64,000 bases of DNA from Amphiscolops sp. MND2022. Its lineage: Eukaryota. The stretch is taken from the NCBI GenBank assembly GCA_964187785.1, contig OZ076409.1, forward strand, positions 99,636,001 to 99,700,000, in the 5' to 3' direction. Within the stretch, counting starts at the first letter, position 1. Each line of letters begins with the position of its first letter. A program made the position numbers and the translations under genes. Below the pieces are notes generated by a model that saw nothing but the letters and a program-made list of their open reading frames with translations, was not told the origin of the DNA and ran no database searches. Shown here in pieces: positions 59,938 to 64,000 of this stretch.

Positions 59938-62394
59938 CCTGTTTTGTAGAAGAAAAACTTATCGGTGGCAGTTATGCTGACAGATAAAGGACCTATTTGC
60001 GCTACAGCGATCATTATCGTTTCTTCATCTCCGCTGGGAAGTGAATGGAAGTTTCTGATATGGGTAATTACCCGTCTTTCCTGGTTTCTACAAGGCCGCC
60101 TTTTTGGGTTAAACCTGTCACTTGGATAAAGTTCGTCAAATGTAGTTCCATTTTCAAGGACGTAGGAAAAAGCGTCCACAGTAATATGGGGTCTGCCTGG
60201 CGAATCAACCACACAGTCAATTACTTCTTGTTTGCTAAACTTCGCATTTCTCCCTGGGCAAACAAAAAACTTTTTGAAACGGTGCAAGTGTCTGTAAAAA
60301 GTCAAAGGCTTAGATTTTTCAGCTCTTGACTTGAACTTTTATTTTACTTTCGTTTTTAAGCACACATTGTAAAATGATCATATATTATCTGAAATTTTCG
60401 TACAAAAGTTTGCAAAAAAACTAATTGCAGCTGCCGAAAGACGACGAATAGATAATATGAATTTTGATTTCTGTGTTAAGCTCGATACAAATTCCTTCTT
60501 TTTATGAAACTTCAAGTGGTAATAGGACCAAATATACTGGGCGAACCAACAGAGCGGAACGCATAAAAATTTTTGAGCTTTCAAAATGGCTCATAATTTT
60601 CAACAAACTTTTAAAAACATTTAAGGCTGCAATTTGAAGCAATGGAAATGTCTAGACTTTCTCGAAAGGTTTAAACATGGTTATCTGAAGATGTGATTAC
60701 GTAATGAAAGCGTCATTTTGAATGCTTGACGGAGAAAGTGAAAGCGCCTTGTTTGTAAATATTACCATTGTGAACAGTGAAAGTTTTTGCGCTTCGTTTT
60801 TTGGTTTGCCTAGAAAGTGCCACGTGATATGAAAACAGTACAATGAACAAACATGCTCGATTTCACGAAGCCAAAAAATTTTGGCATTTCCGTCAACTTT
60901 CGTGATTTCAATGTTTGAAAAATTGAACTTTTCTCTACTTTGTGCAACACATCTTTATTTGCGTATGGTGGAGAAAAGAGTGCTTTTGTCTGTACAGCGC
61001 TGATTGCGCGAAGTTATGTAACGATTGCTTGAAAATAATTTTAACTGTAATCCCGGGTTGAGCTCCATACAAAAAACATTCATATATTCATCTCATAAAA
61101 AGTCATATGTGGTGATTTATGGAAACAGTTCCTTCATACGAAGGCCATGCAAAAACAATTCCACACAAGTCATGAAGTGATCATATTATGGTCATTCTAT
61201 GATGAACGCGTTTTTCATACTATGTTCCTCCTATGGAACGAAAGGTTTCCATAATATGATCTTTTTGTGGACTAAGTGTTTTCCATACATGACAAATTAG
61301 CATAACGTAGTCAATTAACGCTCAGGTTGATGAATTTGTTGGTCGCTTCTTAACAATGAACCAATTGCTATCAGAAACGTAAGGAAATCATCACAATCAG
61401 GGCTTTCAAATACTGTATTGCAAATATCATTGCGGCTCTCAATAAATTATTTCTATTGCGCGTTGAGGAAAAATGACTATTTAGGCCAAAATTACAATTA
61501 TTGACACAAAACATCAATATTTGACACAAAATATCAATAATGTACAATTTTAGATGAGAGCTCAAAGCAGGGCAACAGTTTAAATGTCCCAACAGTTCTT
61601 GTTTTATTTCAAGAAAATTTGAGACTCCAAACTAACCGGGTCAAGCTTTTCGGTAATCTGTAAAAACCGCTCGGACTAACATAAAAGCATAACTTACATA
61701 AAGGCATTTAACGTAAAATATACAAAAATGATTATTTACAACTTCCAGCAAAGATTCTTTTCTATCTTGCAATAATATTGCGCTTTTCGACAATAATTGT
61801 TATTAGAATTGTCGAAAAATAAACTATTTTTATTTATTTATTGACAATTATTTCTTCATTAATTATTTATTGGGAAGCCCTGATCGTTTTGTGGTATCCG
61901 ATGTTGAATTTTCCATATTATACGCAAAAAAGACAAACAAGAAATGGTAGTCTAAATATATGGAATCGCGCAGGAGAAAATGATAGGCTAGATTCTCGGG
62001 CAATCATACTCATCAATGCATTGCGCAAGTGGGGTGTTTTATTTACAGACGAACTGATATGCGAAATGGACGAAAACTGTTTTCGAAATTACTACCACCA
62101 AATTGCAGATCTCTACATTTTTGGAAATGGTGACTTGATTGATCTTTAATGCAATTAGAATTTTTTCAGCTGGATAGATTGAAACGGTTAATTAAATGTC
62201 AAATCTCTACCACACACACACAAAAAAAGAAAAAAACTGAAAAAACACAAAAAAATTCGTTTCAAAAGGTTTCCTCTTGAAAAGCCTAAGCGCTTATAGG
62301 AAGCCTTTTCAGGGGCTAAATTATTTTATGTTTGCACTTTTATGTTTATAATTTTCTATGACACTTATATATACAGCGCACCCTGATAAATTCA

Positions 62395-62421
62395 ATTATT
62401 ATTATTATTATTATTATTATT
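62395..62421. repeat. (ATT)n microsatellite
   Basis: attattatt... run. Confidence 0.9.
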
Positions 62422-63249
62422 GATCTCGTTCGAAGCGCAAATCTCCCTGAAAAAACGAGACAGCTGGAAAAAAAAGAGTTGATGCTGCTAATTTAGAAAG
62501 AAGTCGAATACTTTTGCATCCTCTTACAGTTTGCGCATGAAGAAAATCAATGTTTTTGATACCGGAGGTCAACAAAAAACTTTAACAGCTGAAGGGTATT
62601 CCTATTTGAAAGGTTTTTTAGAAATAAACACATTGTTACTTGATTCTTTATGGAAAACATGTAAGTCATACAATGTTTGTATATAGAAAACAGGGCCTTT
62701 TTACTTTTCCCACACTTTTTTAGGTGATGTTTTTGCAATTAATTATATCTCAATTAGGGAAAACAAACTCAACATAAAGGATTATATTTGACTATATCAT
62801 TCAATATTTTTTCAAATAAGTCTTTTGCTTTGTTTTGTTTTCTCCATATGAACTCCACATAAAATAAAAAGTGTGGGGGAAACGAAAAAGAGCTAGAAAA
62901 CATTTATAGAAGTCATGAGTTGAACATGTCTTTTTTAGTTTGGCTGCTAATTTCCATATATGGAACATAATATGATTTGCATGATAGCCCAACACAGGAT
63001 TCACTAGATTATCGTGGAGTCTAAAATAGCGACTGAATGTTAAAGCGACACCTGTGATGTTTTAATATTGGGCCTCCACTGATTGGATAGCTGAATAGAC
63101 CCACCCAATGGGGTAGAGAGTGCCAACCGTGCGCTGAGTGGTCCACCTTTGGCTAACCCAGTTCACATAACTCCATAACTCGGAATTTTCTGTCCGTGGA
63201 AAACGACTGCAGTCTGATCTACAAAAAAATGGAATATCCAGTGTTGGAA

Positions 63250-63937
63250 GCCATGGAACGCTTACCATGATCATGGTTAATCATGGTACCATTGTTAAGA
63301 TCACCATGATGACAAATCAAGATACATGGAACGCTTGTCGAGATCATGCCAAGATCATGGCAAGATCATGGCAAGATCCCCACAAGATAACCATGGTTTG
63401 GCATGGTTTTTACCAAATAAATTATGTCAAAAATTCGATAAAACCATTTTCAGCTGTAATGACTTCTGACAATTTGTTTAGCTCATTCAAAACTTGAGTT
63501 CCAACTTTCACTTCTGATGAAGTTAGCTGAAAAAACCGAGCAAGCGATTTTGCCTTGATACAACTTTGAACGAGGACGAAGAATAGAATAGTTCACAAAT
63601 CGATGGAAATTTCTGAGCCAAAGAGTTAGGTTCGCATGCTTTAGCAATATTTGATTCCGTCTTCAGAGTCCTCCGAGTTCAGACGAAACATTTCAAAGAC
63701 TGATACTGGGGACTGTAAAAAACCTATTGAGACAGGAAGTTCAGAAGTAAATCTAAATTTCACCAAGAGACAGTGGATCCACTCCACACAATTTTCCGTA
63801 CTGAGGTCCCATGCGATCCCATGCATGGTCCATGCTAATCCCATGCATGGTCCATGCATGGACCATGCATGGACCATGCATGGCCATGTCACTTTTAAGC
63901 ATGGAATTGCATGGACCATGCATGGACCATGCATGGT
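63250..63937. repeat. Two CATG-rich low-complexity/MITE-like tracts (~63250-63405, ~63808-63937)
   Basis: Dense catgg/ccatg and catgcatggac repeats. Confidence 0.6.
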
Positions 63938-64000
63938 TTTGAGGGGAAAAGCAATCGCAAAAACGCCCGAAAACGACTTCTAGAAAGGCAATGAAACACC

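Larger units (their letters stand above)
58728..63218 (-). pseudogene. Cathepsin L-like (papain C1A) gene, non-catalytic and probably pseudogenised; exons 63052-63218, ~59939-60253, 58728-~58942
   Basis: SYVNWVSQRWTT...PIGWVYSAIQSVEAQY* (cf. CGSCWAFSATGSLEGQ; Cys replaced by Gly, then TAA), [58 protein letters not shown] and [17 protein letters not shown]...CGI. Confidence 0.85.

Noticed and set aside
60378..60584. LCWFAQ ORF as the cathepsin catalytic exon
   Set aside because: The exon at 63052-63218 aligns much better (W...WVYSA..SVEAQY) and splices in phase to 60253.

Overview
AT-rich, intron-containing, repeat-dense eukaryotic (probably invertebrate animal) DNA. No bacterial operons, rRNA or CRISPR are present. 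(1) About 1.8-40.5 kb is a mosaic punctuated by about 14 blocks of a 199-bp dispersed/tandem repeat (R1) in both orientations, plus a second ~200-bp palindrome-bounded repeat (R2). Between and around these blocks lie spliced genes for a C2H2-zinc-finger/KDM2-7-type JmjC demethylase, a Tudor-like protein, a degenerate tyrosine-recombinase-like + SET8/PR-Set7-type methyltransferase, a RAG1/Transib-like DDE transposase with a BRCT-like domain, a small RING protein, and two small cassettes present three times each. The best reading is a large, probably undescribed DNA transposon or virus-like element carrying histone writer/eraser/reader cargo, partly duplicated and interleaved with Gypsy fragments. 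(2) About 42-55 kb is a decayed minus-strand Gypsy LTR retrotransposon with a tRNA-Arg PBS and a probable 2-kb 5' LTR. (3) About 58.7-63.2 kb is a cathepsin-L-like pseudogene (catalytic Cys replaced by Gly, in-frame stop) interrupted by a MITE with a 9-bp TSD. Also present: a deleted hAT element, MITEs, a tRNA-like sequence and tandem repeats. All protein-family calls are by-eye motif recognition, not database searches.
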